From: Eledone cirrhosa
Lineage: Eukaryota
Direction: 5' to 3'
NCBI GenBank assembly: GCA_964016885.1
Contig: OZ024755.1
Location: forward strand, 34,410,001-34,474,000
DNA: 64,000 nucleotides
Position numbers and translations under genes: made by a program. Every line of letters begins with the position of its first letter. Position 1 is the stretch's first letter. Positions 14,209 to 25,384 of the stretch are shown here, one piece after another. The notes under the pieces are model-generated. The model saw only the letters and a program-made list of their open reading frames with translations, had not been told where the DNA came from and searched no databases.

Positions 14209-15470
14209 AGTGGTGGTGGTGGTGGTGGTGGTGGTGGTGGTAGTGGTAGTGGTGTTGGTGGTGGTGGTGGTAGTGGTCTTGGATGTGGTGGTGGTGGTGG
14301 TGTTGGATGTGGTGGTGGTGGTGGTGGTGTTGGATGTGGTGGTAGTGGTGGTGGTGGTGGTGGTGGTGGTGGTGGTGGTGGTAGTGGACGTGGTGGTGGT
14401 GGTCGTAGTGGTAGTGGTGTTGGTGGTGGTGGTGGTAGTGGTCTTGGATGTGGTGGTGGTGTTGGATGTGGTGGTGGTGTTGGATGTGGTGGTAGTGGTG
14501 GTGGTGGTGATTGTAGTGGTGGAGATAGTGGTGGTGGTGGTGGTGGTAGCGGTGGTGGTGGTGGTAGTGGTGGTAGTGGTGGTGGTGGTAGTGGTGGTGG
14601 TGGTGGTAGTGGTGTTGGTGGTAGTGGTGTTGGGTGTGGTGGTAGTGGTGTTGGATGTGGTGGTGGTGGTGTTGGATGTGGTGGTGGTGGTGTTGGATGT
14701 GGTGGTGGTGGTAGTGATGGTGGTGGTAGTGGTGGTGGTGGTAGTGATGGTGGTGGTAGTGGTGGTGGTGGTAGTGGTGGTGGTCTGTGATGGTGTTGGT
14801 GGTGCTTGTTGTTGTTGATGTTGTTGGTGGTGGTGGTAGTGTTGTAGTGGTGTGGATGGAAATAGCCAGTGATGGCGGAGTTGGTGTTGGTTGTGGTCCT
14901 GGTGGTGGTGGTGGTGGTGGGGGTAGTGATGGTTGGTGGTGGTGGTTGTAGTGGTGGTGGAAGTAGTGGAGGTAGTGGTGGCGGTGTTGATGGCGGTTTG
15001 TGGTAGTGGTGGTGGTGGTGTGGTGGTGTGGTGGTGGTGTCAGTGGTGGTAGCTGATGGTGGTAGTGTTGTGTAATGGTGGTGGTGGTATTATAGGTTGT
15101 AGTGTTGTGGTGGTGGTAGCGGTGGTGGTGGTGTTGGAGGTTGTAGTGTTGTGTAATGGTGGCGGTGGTATTATAGGTTGTAGTGTTGTGGTGGTGGTAG
15201 CGGTGGTGGTGGTGTTGGAGGTTGTAGTGTTGTGGTGGTGGTAGCGGTGGTGGTGGTGTTGGAGGTTGTAGTGTTGTGGTGGTGGTAGCGGTGGTGGTGG
15301 TGTTGGAGGTTGTAGTGTTGTGGTGGTGGTAGCGGTGGTGGTGGTGTTGGAGGTTGTAGTGTTGTGGTGGTGGTAGCGGTGGTGGTGGTGTTGGAGGTTG
15401 TAGTGTTGTGGTGGTGGTAGCGGTGGTGGTGGTGTTGGAGGTTGTAGTGTTGTGGTGGTGGTAGCGGTGG
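14209..15470. repeat. Degenerate (GGT)n block with a 44-bp higher-order repeat at ~15188-15470
   Basis: GTGGTGGTGGTAGCGGTGGTGGTGGTGTTGGAGGTTGTAGTGTT repeated about 6 times. Confidence 0.95.
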
Positions 15471-15542
15471 TATGATGATGAAGATGATAATATAGAGCGT
15501 CAGAAAATTTCCTAGCCCTTCAGTGATACAGAGGAAATCTGT

Positions 15543-15561
15543 CAGCCACCAGATGGTAGCA
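15543..15561 (+). promoter_or_regulatory. Putative CTCF-binding motif CAGCCACCAGATGGTAGCA
   Basis: Close to the CCACCAGRTGGCAG core consensus; in a short unique island; motif match only. Confidence 0.35.
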
Positions 15562-15669
15562 ATGTAGTGAAACTTTATAACACTTTCATATTAGACTGTA
15601 TATAATTGTGATTGTTCTCATCCTCCACCACCACCCTCACTCACACAACGATCAACACCACCACCATCA

Positions 15670-17436
15670 TCATAATAATAATAATGGTAATAATAATGAA
15701 ATTATTGTGTACAGTGCTCAGGTGCACTACAACTCATCAAAGGTGCATGTATAGTACATAGAATAATATACAAATGTCAGAGAAGTAAATAGTGTGAGTC
15801 ATGAAATACATGTGTGCCTGTGTATGGAGGGGGAATATCAGGTGTAGTGTTGGCGAATCTCAGGAAGCATGGAGGTTTTAAAGGATGCAGTGTCCCGACA
15901 GCTAACAACTGATGCAGGTAGTTTGTTCCATGGAGGTTTTAAAGGATGCAGTGTCCCGACAGCTAACAACTGATGCAGGTAGTTTGTTCCATGGAGGTTT
16001 TAAAGGATGCAGTGTCCCGACAGCTAACAACTGATGCAGGTAGTTTGTTCCATGGAAGTTTTAAAGGATGCAGTGTCTCGACAGCTAACAATTGATGCAG
16101 GTAGTTTGTTCCATGGAAGTTTTAAAGGATGCAGTGTCCCGACAGCTAACAACTGATGCAGGTAGTTTGTTCCATGGAGGTTTTAAAGGATGCAGTGTCC
16201 CGACAGCTAACAACTGATGCAGGTAGTTTGTTCCATGGAGGTTTTAAAGGATGCAGTGTCCCGACAGCTAACAACTGATGCAGGTAGTTTGTTCCATGGA
16301 AGTTTTAAAGGATGCAGTGTCTCAACAGCTAACAACTGATGCAGGTAGTTTGTTCCATGGAAGTTTTAAAGGATGCAGTGTCCCGACAGCTAACAACTGA
16401 TGCAGGTAGTTTGTTCCATGGAAGTTTTAAAGGATGCAGTGTCCCGACAGCTAACAACTGATGCAGGTAGTTTGTTCCATGGAAGTTTTAAAGGATGCAG
16501 TGTCCCGACAGCTAACAACTGATGCAGGTAGTTTGTTCCATGGAAGTTTTAAAGGATGCAGTGTCCCGACAGCTAACAACTGATGCAGGTAGTTTGTTCC
16601 ATGGAAGTTTTAAAGGATGCAGTGTCTCGACAGCTAACAACTGATGCAGGTAGTTTGTTCCATGGAAGTTTTAAAGGATGCAGTGTCCCGACAGCTAACA
16701 AGTGATGCAGGTAGTTTGTTCCATGGAAGTTTTAAAGGATGCAGTGTCCCGACAGCTAACAACTGATGCAGGTAGTTTGTTCCATGGAAGTTTTAAAGGA
16801 TGCAGTGTCCCGACAGCTAACAACTGATGCAGGTAGTTTGTTCCATGGAAGTTTTAAAGGATGCAGTGTCCCGACAGCTAACAACTGATGCAGGTAGTTT
16901 GTTCCATGGAAGTTTTAAAGGATGCAGTGTCCCGACAGCTAACAACTGATGCAGGTAGTTTGTTCCATGGAAGTTTTAAAGGATGCAGTGTCCCGACAGC
17001 TAACAACTGATGCAGGTAGTTTGTTCCATGGAAGTTTTAAAGGATGCAGTGTCTCGACAGCTAACAACTGATGCAGGTAGTTTGTTCCATGGAAGTTTTA
17101 AAGGATGCAGTGTCTCGACAGCTAACAACTGATGCAGGTAGTTTGTTCCCTGCTTCAGCAACCCTGAGTGTGAAAAACATGTTTCCGAAAGTCATAGGAG
17201 CTGTGCTGTTTTCTGACTTTGTAGGCATGCCCACGGATGTTAGACACATGGAAATCAAAAAGGTGCTCAGGGTTGTTGTTGGCAAGATGGTTAATAATTT
17301 TGTGGGTGTTTACCAATTCAGTTGCCAGACGTCAGTGCTTCAATGTATACATGCCCATGGAAGCCAGGCATTCAGAGTATGGTAGATGCCTGATGGAGGG
17401 TATTCGCTTGGTTGCACGTCCCTGAACAGTTTTCAG
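15670..17436 (-). mobile_element. CR1-clade LINE 3' fragment with (ATT)n tail
   Basis: FFTLRVAEAGNKLPASVVSCRDTASFK matches the CR1 C-terminal FFSxRVxxxWNxLPxxVV...FK motif; same 3'UTR at 25250-25378. Confidence 0.85.
15868..17148. repeat. 61-bp tandem array (21 units) inside the CR1 fragment
   Basis: CATGG unit starts at 15868, 15929, 15990 ... 17088 (period 61). Confidence 0.97.
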
Positions 17437-17689
17437 GCCACCACCCCCATCATAACTCACACAACCATAACAACCAACACCACCACCATCATCATCATCA
17501 CACAAACATCACAACCAACACCACCAACACCACCACCTCCATCATCATCACTCACACAATCATCCCAACCACCACCATCATCACACACGCAACCATCATC
17601 ATATCCACCATCACAACCAACACCAACACCACCACCACCACTCCCACAACCATTATCATCATCACCACCATCACAACCACCACCACCAT

Positions 17690-18010
17690 CATCATCATTC
17701 TACACATGCTTTTCCATGCTGGCATGGGTTGGACAGATTATTACAGACCAACTTAATTAGAGCTATTGCCTTTCTAGTCAGGTTAGGAGATCACATTTCT
17801 CTCAGGCATGGTTTCTACCACTGGGTGCCCTTCCTAATGCCAGCCACTTTACAGAGTGTACTGGGTGCATTTTATTATGGCACCAGCATTCGAGAGGTAA
17901 TCATGTCCTTAACACAACTGAAAAGTCCTCTCTACCCTATAGATTGAATGCATTTCCTGACACTAGCCACTTTACAGAGTGTACTGGGTGTGTTTATTAT
18001 GCCACTGGCA
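17690..18010 (-). mobile_element. RTE 3'UTR-related element (family C), diverged
   Basis: (CAT)n tail, TTTCCATGCTGGCATGGGTT, GGGTGCCCTTCCTAATGCC and CACTTTACAG motifs. Confidence 0.7.
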
Positions 18011-18413
18011 ACATAAGTTGTCATACCTCTAACAGAAGAGTCCACACTATATTATGCTGTTACCATTTGAAAGACTTTATATTTTAAATAAATGTACAAT
18101 GAATGTAACAATTTTTGTGTGATCTTAATTGTTTAAAATTATTCTTGCATAATATATTTGTTGCTATATTTTATGGGTAATAGAAACATGAATACAAATA
18201 GAATAAAAACAACAATGGCAGTGGCAACAACAACGATAACAGTATTGACATAAACAACAACAACAATAACAGCAACAACATCAGTAACAATGGCAGCAAA
18301 ATAACAAAAGAACAATAAAACAATAATTATAAACATAACATCAACAGTGAAAAATAACTGCATAAGCAATACCTAGTTATCAGAAGTTAATGAAAGAGCT
18401 GCTACATGGTCGT

Positions 18414-19087
18414 TTAACATTTATTTACATTACTCTATATCATCATCATCATCATTTTATGTCCGCTTTTCCCTGCTTGCAAGTGTGGGACTGATCTTAT
18501 TAAGCACAGCATCTCTCCATTCATCAAGGTCCTTTGTCATCTCCTCCGTGAGCTTCAGTGATCTGAGGTCTGCTCGCACCACCTTCGCCCATGTTTTTCC
18601 TGATCTTCCTCTACTACGTCTTCCTTCAACTGGGATTTCTTGGCACTTCTTTACCTAGCAGTCTTCTTCAATGTGCATCACATGTCCATACCAACGCAGT
18701 CTTCTCTCCCACACACTACAGCCTATCCCTCTTATACACAGTTTCTCTCTCAACTTGTCTACGCACATTGACATTGCTCATCCAATGGAGCATTCTTGCT
18801 TTATTTCTCTTTAGCCTTCGCAGTTATATCCTCCACAGTTGCTGTCCATGTCTCACTACCATGCAGCATCGCGCATCTCACACAGGCATCATATAACCAT
18901 ATTTTTGTGGTAAAGGCTTTATCTCACATAATTATCTCACATAATATCAAATCTATGAGATTTTGATGTTATTTATTTTGAGAAGAATACCTTAACATCA
19001 GTATGGGTGGCCAATTACGGATGGTTTGAACAGAAAGAAGTGGGAGAATTCTGGCCAGATACAGCTGGTTTAAATGCTAGAGGGTTA
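18414..19087 (+). mobile_element. piggyBac-like MITE split by an RTE insertion
   Basis: Left part TTAACATTTATTTACATTACTCTATA; right part resumes ~18895 and ends GCTAGAGGGTTAA. Confidence 0.8.
18440..18893 (-). mobile_element. RTE LINE 3' fragment
   Basis: Reverse complement encodes RRLRWYGHVM..KKCQEIPVE..KTWAKVVRADL; (GAT)n tail. Confidence 0.9.
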
Positions 19088-19089
19088 AA

Positions 19090-20600
19090 GGAAAATCTTG
19101 AAATAATTATGATATGAAAATTGTCTTAGAAAGTCAGAAATGACTTGAGTTATTTTGGAAGGAATAAAACAAAAATTCCAACCATTTTGAAACAAACTGA
19201 TAAAAAAAGGATAGACAGCAGTATGATCTTGAAATCAAAGTAAGAAAATGATTGAAATAGAACAATATGGTTAGAAAAAAGTGTAACCAGAACCATATTT
19301 TGTTTTTATAAATGCTTTAAGCATTTTCTATACTATGAAAAGAAACAATGAAATGTTAGATGTAAAAGATTTTACAGGAAGTTCTGACTGGTTTAAATGG
19401 TTTAAAAAAGACAATGGATTGCACAATGTCTGAATTCACGGTTTATTTTGAGTGCTGATCAAAAGGCTACGAAAAAATGTCTAATAAATTTCTTTTTAAA
19501 TTGTTGAAGGTGAAAACTGTGAAGGAAGGGTGCTAATGTTATTGAAACTGCTTTATTTTGGAAGTGTATACCTACAGAAAGATTCCTTGTGAAATACGAA
19601 AAAAGGTGTTCCTGGTTATGCATAAAAAGTCTAAATCACAATTTTATTGAGAGGAAATGCTAAAGACAATTTTAAACAAAAACCAATATTTGGAAATCAT
19701 ACTAAAATTCCTATAGCTCTCAGACATTACAGTGTTAAAGTATTAACAGTCATTTAGCACTAAAAAGATATGTATGGGGTAATAAAGTTGCTATTTGAAG
19801 ATTTGGTCAAGATGTATTTCTGTCCATCAATAAAAGATGTTGTGAGCAATTTTGTTGCACTTAGATAATGAACCTAGTCATCCTTCAGTGATAAATAACT
19901 TGATTGAAAATATAAAACTCATGTTTTTGCCTCTTAACAAGAACAAGACTCTCATTTTATAACCTATGGATCTCGCATTCATTGCGAATTTAAGGTCAGT
20001 TATATAAAAATCATTTTTGAACATCCACAGACGATATTATGAGTGATAATATAATTTCATTAGATGAGTTTAGGAAAAAATTCAACTTAAAAAAATTCAG
20101 TTGAAAATATTCTTGTGGTCTGTATGGAAAAAATATTTGCTTCATTGTGCAAATGAAGAACCAGTAAATAGCCACAGTTATTGATGAAATTTCCACCTTT
20201 AGGCATGAGTTAGGTATTAGTGAAATCCAATCAGCGAAGGTGAAGGTATTATTGAACAAGGCGGTGGATTGACAGAATCGCTAGAGCGTTGGACGCCATG
20301 TTTTGTAGCATAGAGTTATAGCCCTTTGCCATTCTGAGTTCAAATCTGGCCGAGGTCAACTTTGCCTTTCATCCTTACGGGGTAGATAAAATAAAGTACC
20401 AATAATGCACTGGGGTAATTGCTGGCCTTGTGCCAAAAGTAGAAACAATTATTGAACTCACATCAATGAACAGAAAGCCTATTAATACAATGAGGATCAG
20501 ACTGAAGGAGAAAGAACTTCAAAACAGTGGAAATAATTTACAACCATTTCAGAAAATATTTCATACTGTTGAAGAATAGAAGCAATAAACTATAGAGTGA
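19090..20600 (+). pseudogene. Decayed Tigger/pogo (CENP-B-like HTH plus DDE) transposase
   Basis: FTGSSDWFKWFKKDNGLHN, NVIETALFWKCIP, ITILLRGNAKDNFKQKP, LDNEPSHP, FLPLN..PMDLAFIANL; many stops. Confidence 0.85.
20260..20450 (+). mobile_element. SINE family A inserted in the Tigger relic
   Basis: Full head-to-tail copy; TSD TTATTGAAC. Confidence 0.9.
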
Positions 20601-20910
20601 ATCAAATAAGCAAGCAGGCCCTAGCTTGAGTCAATATCCCTTCAATTCTGGAGCCAACCAAATTGTCCAGTGTTGATGGGAAAAGGTTAGATGGGGTGGA
20701 CCTTTGCCTTTGCATAAGAGGTAGAAGTCTTATTTGGGATGTCACAGTTTGTGCTCTTGCTCCTTCCCACATCTTGAATGTCATGACAAAGATATGGATC
20801 ATTGCATCCATAGAAAAATAGAATGAAATTCTATTCTAAAATATAAGGAATTACCAACAAAATACTTTATTCAAGCTGTGGAATTTGAGAGATTTTTAGG
20901 GAGTTGAGCT
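20600..20910 (+). mobile_element. CRE-like restriction-like endonuclease (PD-D/ExK) domain fragment
   Basis: IPSILEPTKLSSVDGKRLDG...RGRSLIWDVTVCALAPSH...KYKEL matches the EPxGLxRxDGKRPDG..WDxT..LAxS motif. Confidence 0.7.
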
Positions 20911-20992
20911 GTTGTCAGTCATGTTTGGTGGTTCATTTTACCAACATGGATGATGCTTTTGAAGTTTGGTATTGAATGTGTATCTGTGAAAC

Positions 20993-21172
20993 TGAATTGG
21001 CAGTATCGGTAGAGGGTCGGACGCCATGCTTTGACGCATAGAGTTACGACCCTTGCCATTCTGAGTTCAAATCCCGCCGAGGTTAACTTTGCCTTTCATC
21101 CTTACGGGGTCGATAAAATAAAGTACCAGTAATACACTGGGAAATTGCTGGCCTTGTGCCAAAAGTAGAAAC

Positions 21173-21178
<6 letters not shown>
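20993..21178 (+). mobile_element. SINE family A
   Basis: TTGGCAGTATCGGTAGAG..GAGTTCAAATCCC..GTCGATAAAATAAAGTACCAG..AGAAACAATT. Confidence 0.9.
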
Positions 21179-21216
<38 letters not shown>

Positions 21217-21218
<2 letters not shown>

Positions 21219-21480
21219 CAGGTCCGAACACAAAGGAACCAAACTCCCGCTGTCACTGTCTCAATCTCTCCCACTCTCCCCATCTATCAATATTATGAGT
21301 AAATGGGGTCCATGCATTGGTCACCCTGTGGCACCGGAGGGCAGAATAGAGAAAGCGTTTCCTCCTGAGGATGATGAGGGAGACATATTGGAAGAGCCAT
21401 TCCAGCTCGCAAGCCTCGTTCCTGTGGATAACCAACTTTGGTTATTCAAACATCATGGCTTGCTATCATCTGTGACAATG
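21217..21480 (-). mobile_element. CRE-like non-LTR retrotransposon 3' fragment
   Basis: ELEWLFQYVSLIILR then frameshifted GNAFSIL; homologous to 11730-11975. Confidence 0.6.
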
Positions 21481-21518
21481 CTATGAGTGTGTTAACTTGC
21501 CTAACACCAATGTCTCTT

Positions 21519-21770
21519 CATCATCATCATAATCATCACCATTTTACGCCCATTCTTCCACGCTAACATGTGTTAGACGAGTTGTCCTGCTGTGGGCAAT
21601 GCCAGGTCAGGTGACCATGTCTTGGTTATACAGAACTGTTTCTGGCTTGATTCCTACAGGTGGATGCCCTTCCTAACACCAACCTCATTTACAGTGAGTG
21701 CTGGGTGCTTTTTTATCGTGGTGCCTACATGACCACTTTACAGTGTGGGCTGGATGTTTTGTGGTACCAA
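21519..21770 (-). mobile_element. RTE 3'UTR-related element (family C)
   Basis: (CAT)n tail plus GGATGCCCTTCCTAACACCAACC motif. Confidence 0.75.
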
Positions 21771-21960
21771 CATATATATATATATATATGAAACATGATC
21801 TCTGATGATATGGAATCGATTGTGCATTGGATGTCGAATGCTCTACTAACTATATAATATTATAGATGCAGCGAGATCTAGGCAAATTGATGTCTATTGA
21901 AACGTACGTTAGAACCGAATAAATCTCTTTTACTGCATCTTTCTGTTCTTTTTGATTCTT

Positions 21961-21984
<24 letters not shown>

Positions 21985-21991
<7 letters not shown>

Positions 21992-22330
21992 CAAAATGTT
22001 AATAAATGAAAAATATTCTCATAATCAAAATATATATTTTATTATACATATTTCAAAGGTACAATGGAATTGAATAATCAAAAATACTGGAATTGAATAA
22101 TCAAAACCGTAGCGGTATATCACATATCAAATAATATATTTTGTCTGATGAAAACGTACTTAAACACCATTGTACCTTTGAAATATGTATAATAAAATAT
22201 ATATTTTGATTATGAGAATATTTTTCATTTATTAATATTTTGAATAATATTAAAAACTCCAGGAATATCTTCTAATCTATTGTAATATTGTGTTTGTTGA
22301 GCAATCAACGAACCATATTAATCTTTGGTT
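21985..22330. mobile_element. Penelope-like fold-back remnant (83-bp inverted arms)
   Basis: Arms 21985-22067 and 22167-22249; contains a hammerhead motif; 22255-22330 is similar to the reverse complement of 34158-34260. Confidence 0.65.
22134..22202 (+). ncRNA. Minimal type I hammerhead ribozyme motif
   Basis: Stem I ATATATTTTGT/ATAAAATATAT, CTGATGA 22145-22151, stem II AAACGTAC/GTACCTTT, GAAA 22180-22183, short stem III TATGTA, then TA cleavage site. Confidence 0.75.
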
Positions 22331-22340
22331 ATATATATAT

Positions 22341-22677
22341 ATCATCATCATCATTCTACGTCCACTTTTCCCTGCTTGCAAGGGTGGGACGGGAACTGAT
22401 TCTGGCTCAATTTCTACAGCTGGATGCCCTTCCTAACACCAACCTCATTTACAGTGAGTGCTGGGTGCTTTTTTGCCGTGGCACCTCCACGACCACTTTG
22501 CAGTGGAATGATAGAGACCCCAATCCCTATCATCTCATTTCTACAGCTGAGTAAACTGGAGCAATGTGAAATAAAGTGTCTTGCTCAAGGAAACAACACA
22601 TCACCCGATCTGAGAATTGAACTCACAACCTTTCGATTGCCAGGCCAATGCTCTAACCACTAAGCCATGTGCCTCCA
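22341..22677 (-). mobile_element. SINE family B (tRNA head, CORE-like body, RTE tail)
   Basis: Full-length copy, near-identical to the other copies. Confidence 0.92.
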
Positions 22678-22692
22678 TATATATATATCATG

Positions 22693-22845
22693 ATAATTGT
22701 TTCTACTTTTGGCATAAGGCCAGCAATTATCCAGTGTATTACTGGTACTTTATTTTATCGACCCCATAAGGATGAAAGGCAAAGTTAACCTCGGCGGGAT
22801 TTGAACTCAGAATGGCAAGGGCCGTAACTCTATGGCGTCCGACCG
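22693..22845 (-). mobile_element. SINE family A, partial
   Basis: Reverse complement of the family A body and tail. Confidence 0.85.
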
Positions 22846-23499
22846 ATAATGATGTATATATATATATATATATATATAGTTGGGGGCATACTGTCTATAT
22901 GCTTCGGCTTCGGCTTGTACCCATGGGAAGTCAGGTCTTCTGTATCTTGATATGGCTTGTAATTGAATGTGCATGATTTCTTGACTTCTACATTTTTCTG
23001 CTTTTGTTTCATTTCCTTCTTCCTTTATTTCTCTGATTATTGTTTTTCTGCCAATTGTTAATCTTCTGATAATTTATATTAATTTGACAGCTTACCTTTG
23101 ACTCTTAAATTACAAACTTTGACCCAAATCTTTAAAGAAGCATGCAACTTTACTGAATGATTGATAATGTGCTGAACTGCTGGAGGGGAACATATTAAGA
23201 GAAGATACAACAGAAAAGATTTCGAACTACATCACATAAATTTTTCCTTGTAAAAATGTGAGGTTAGATTTTGTTTAAACATTAAATATATTTTGAATAT
23301 TTACTATCATATTTTGTTTTCTCTTAATCTTATAGAAAGTGTTAAAGAGAAATATATATATAATTGTTTCTACTTTAGATACAAGGTCAGCAAATTTGGG
23401 GGAGGGGAAAGTCAATTAAATTGATCCCAGTGCATTACTGGTGCTTTATTTTATCAATCCTGTATATATACATAGATATATAGATACACATATATGTGT

Positions 23500-23690
23500 A
23501 GGTAACACGGTAAAAACCTCCCAGTCCACACTGTAAACGTGGTTGGTGTTAGGAAGGGCATCCAGCCGTAGAAAACCTGCCAGACAGTCCCATACGAGCG
23601 AGACGACCAATCTTGCCTCAAGTGGGACAATTCCCACCTAAACTCATACTAGCATGGAAGATAGCCGTTAAACGATGATGATGATGATGA
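23500..23690 (+). mobile_element. RTE 3'UTR fragment (family C)
   Basis: Matches 35790-35980; (GAT)n tail. Confidence 0.85.
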
Positions 23691-23783
23691 GGTTGACTGA
23701 GGAGATCGGACTAGCCATCTTTCCATTGTCTGTGTCCTGTGTGCACTCTATTTTGAATATAAATATATATATATATATACACA

Positions 23784-24125
23784 CAGGGTACCCCCCGGCA
23801 TTCGAGGTCCTGGTTATTTATGGAATTTCCCTTAGAACCTAACTAATAATTGTTTGTGGAAACCACCGCATATTCACGGAATTGTAAATAGCTTTCCCAC
23901 TTTTTTTAATGGATTTTTACGTGGCAATATATATTTTTTAACTCTAAATTATTAACAAAATACTGTATTTGTCGGCCTATTGGACGCCTCTTCACATAAT
24001 TTTATTATATTTTACATTATATTTTAATGTTTATAGGCATTTTTATGGACCACGTCCAATATTCAAGGTTTTTCACTCTTCAGTGCTCAAAGAACGTAAC
24101 CCCAGCAAATACCAAGGGACAACTG
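23784..24125. mobile_element. Tigger/pogo-type MITE
   Basis: Imperfect TIRs CAGGGTACCCCCCGGCATTCG and GCAAATACCAAGGGACAACTG|TA, with subterminal GAACGTAACCCC. Confidence 0.7.
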
Positions 24126-24162
24126 TATGTATATGTATGTATATATATATATATATATATAT

Positions 24163-24508
24163 ATCATCATCATCATCATTTCATTTTACGTCTGCTTTTT
24201 CCCTGCTTGCAAGGGTGGGACAGGAACTGATGCTGGCTTGATTTCTACAGCTGGATGCCCTTCCTAACACCAACCTCATTTACAGTGAGTGCTGGGTGCT
24301 TTTTTGCCGTGGCACCTCCACGACCACTTTGCAGTGGAATGATAGGGACCCCAGTCCCTATCATCTCATTTCTACAGCTGAGTAAACTGGAGCAATGTGA
24401 AATAAAGTATCTTGCTCAAGGAAACAACACATCACCCGGTCTGAGAATTGAACTCACAATCTTTCGATTGCAAGGCCAATGCTCTAACCACTAAGCCATG
24501 TGCCTCCA
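24163..24508 (-). mobile_element. SINE family B
   Basis: Full-length copy. Confidence 0.92.
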
Positions 24509-24628
24509 TATATATACATATATATATATAGTGGTAGAACACTGGAAGGTAATACCCGTAGTGGTAAAGCACTCAGTCCATAGGATGAGTTAGGTAGAAG
24601 TGGTTACACAACAGTTAGTTCACCATAC

Positions 24629-24666
24629 CGAGAACAATTGTTTCACCTTAGCGGATCCTCAGCTCG
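24629..24666 (-). ncRNA. Minimal hammerhead ribozyme motif inside a palindromic element (24530-24743)
   Basis: Minus strand CGAG-CTGAGGA-TCCGCTAAGGT-GAAA-CAATTG-TT-CTCG; weak stem II. Confidence 0.6.
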
Positions 24667-24740
24667 TAATGGACATGGTTATGGATAACCATGTCCATTA
24701 CGAGCTGGATAACCATGTCCAACTAACTGTTGTGTAAGCA

Positions 24741-24786
<46 letters not shown>

Positions 24787-24789
24787 CAC

Positions 24790-24965
24790 ACACTGTAAAT
24801 GTGGTTGGTGTTAGGAAGGGCATCCAGCCATAGAAAACCTGCCAGATAGTCCTATATGAGCGAGACATGGTCACCCGACCAACCTTGCCTCAAGTGGGAC
24901 AACTCCCGTCTAACCCATGCTAGCGTGGAAAATGGACGTTAAACGAAGATGATGATGATGATGAT
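24790..24965 (+). mobile_element. RTE 3'UTR fragment (family C)
   Basis: Matches the RTE 3'UTR; (GAT)n tail. Confidence 0.85.
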
Positions 24966-25053
24966 ATATATATATAACGAAGGAATTGTGGTAAGGAACC
25001 AGATAGATCATAACGCACCAGAGTACTCAATACTTAGGGTAGTAGAGTGGGTA

Positions 25054-25173
25054 ATAGGAAAAGGTATGACCCGACGGCAGAGCTCAAGCCGTTTCGACGG
25101 CTATTTCTGGACTAGCCAGGAATAGCGGTCGAAACGGCTTGAGCTCTGCCATCGGGGTCATACCTTTTCCTAT
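25054..25173. repeat. Near-perfect GC-rich hairpin (~57-bp arms)
   Basis: ATAGGAAAAGGTATGACCC...CTGG, short loop, CCAGG...GGGTCATACCTTTTCCTAT. Confidence 0.9.
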
Positions 25174-25249
25174 ATATATATATATACATATTATATATAT
25201 TGGTGCGTTTATGCATGCATTTGTGTGTGTGTGTGTTTGTAATTTTATA

Positions 25250-25347
25250 TGTGCACTCATATTTTCCTGACATTTGTACATTATTCTATGTACTATACAT
25301 GCACCTTTGATGAGTTGTAGTGCACCTGAGCACTGTACACAATAATT

Positions 25348-25378
<31 letters not shown>
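25250..25378 (+). mobile_element. CR1 3'UTR fragment
   Basis: Reverse complement of ~15670-15800; (ATT)n tail. Confidence 0.8.

Positions 25379-25384
<6 letters not shown>

Noticed and set aside
14197-14790. Gly/Cys-rich 197-aa ORF as a structural protein
   Set aside because: Almost only GGT codons within a degenerate (GGT)n microsatellite; the alternative frame is also open (poly-Val); no signal peptide; similar blocks occur at 48740 and 52320
15868-17148. CRISPR-like array (also 44726-45426 and 45720-46490)
   Set aside because: Units are near-identical along their whole length with no unique spacers, there are no cas genes, and the context is eukaryotic TE sequence
22424-22663. Recurrent 79-aa ORF MPFLTPTSFT... 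as a gene family
   Set aside because: Antisense reading of SINE family B
22830-23012. 60-aa ORF as a host exon
   Set aside because: No recognisable domain, runs into (TA)n, and no supporting splice structure
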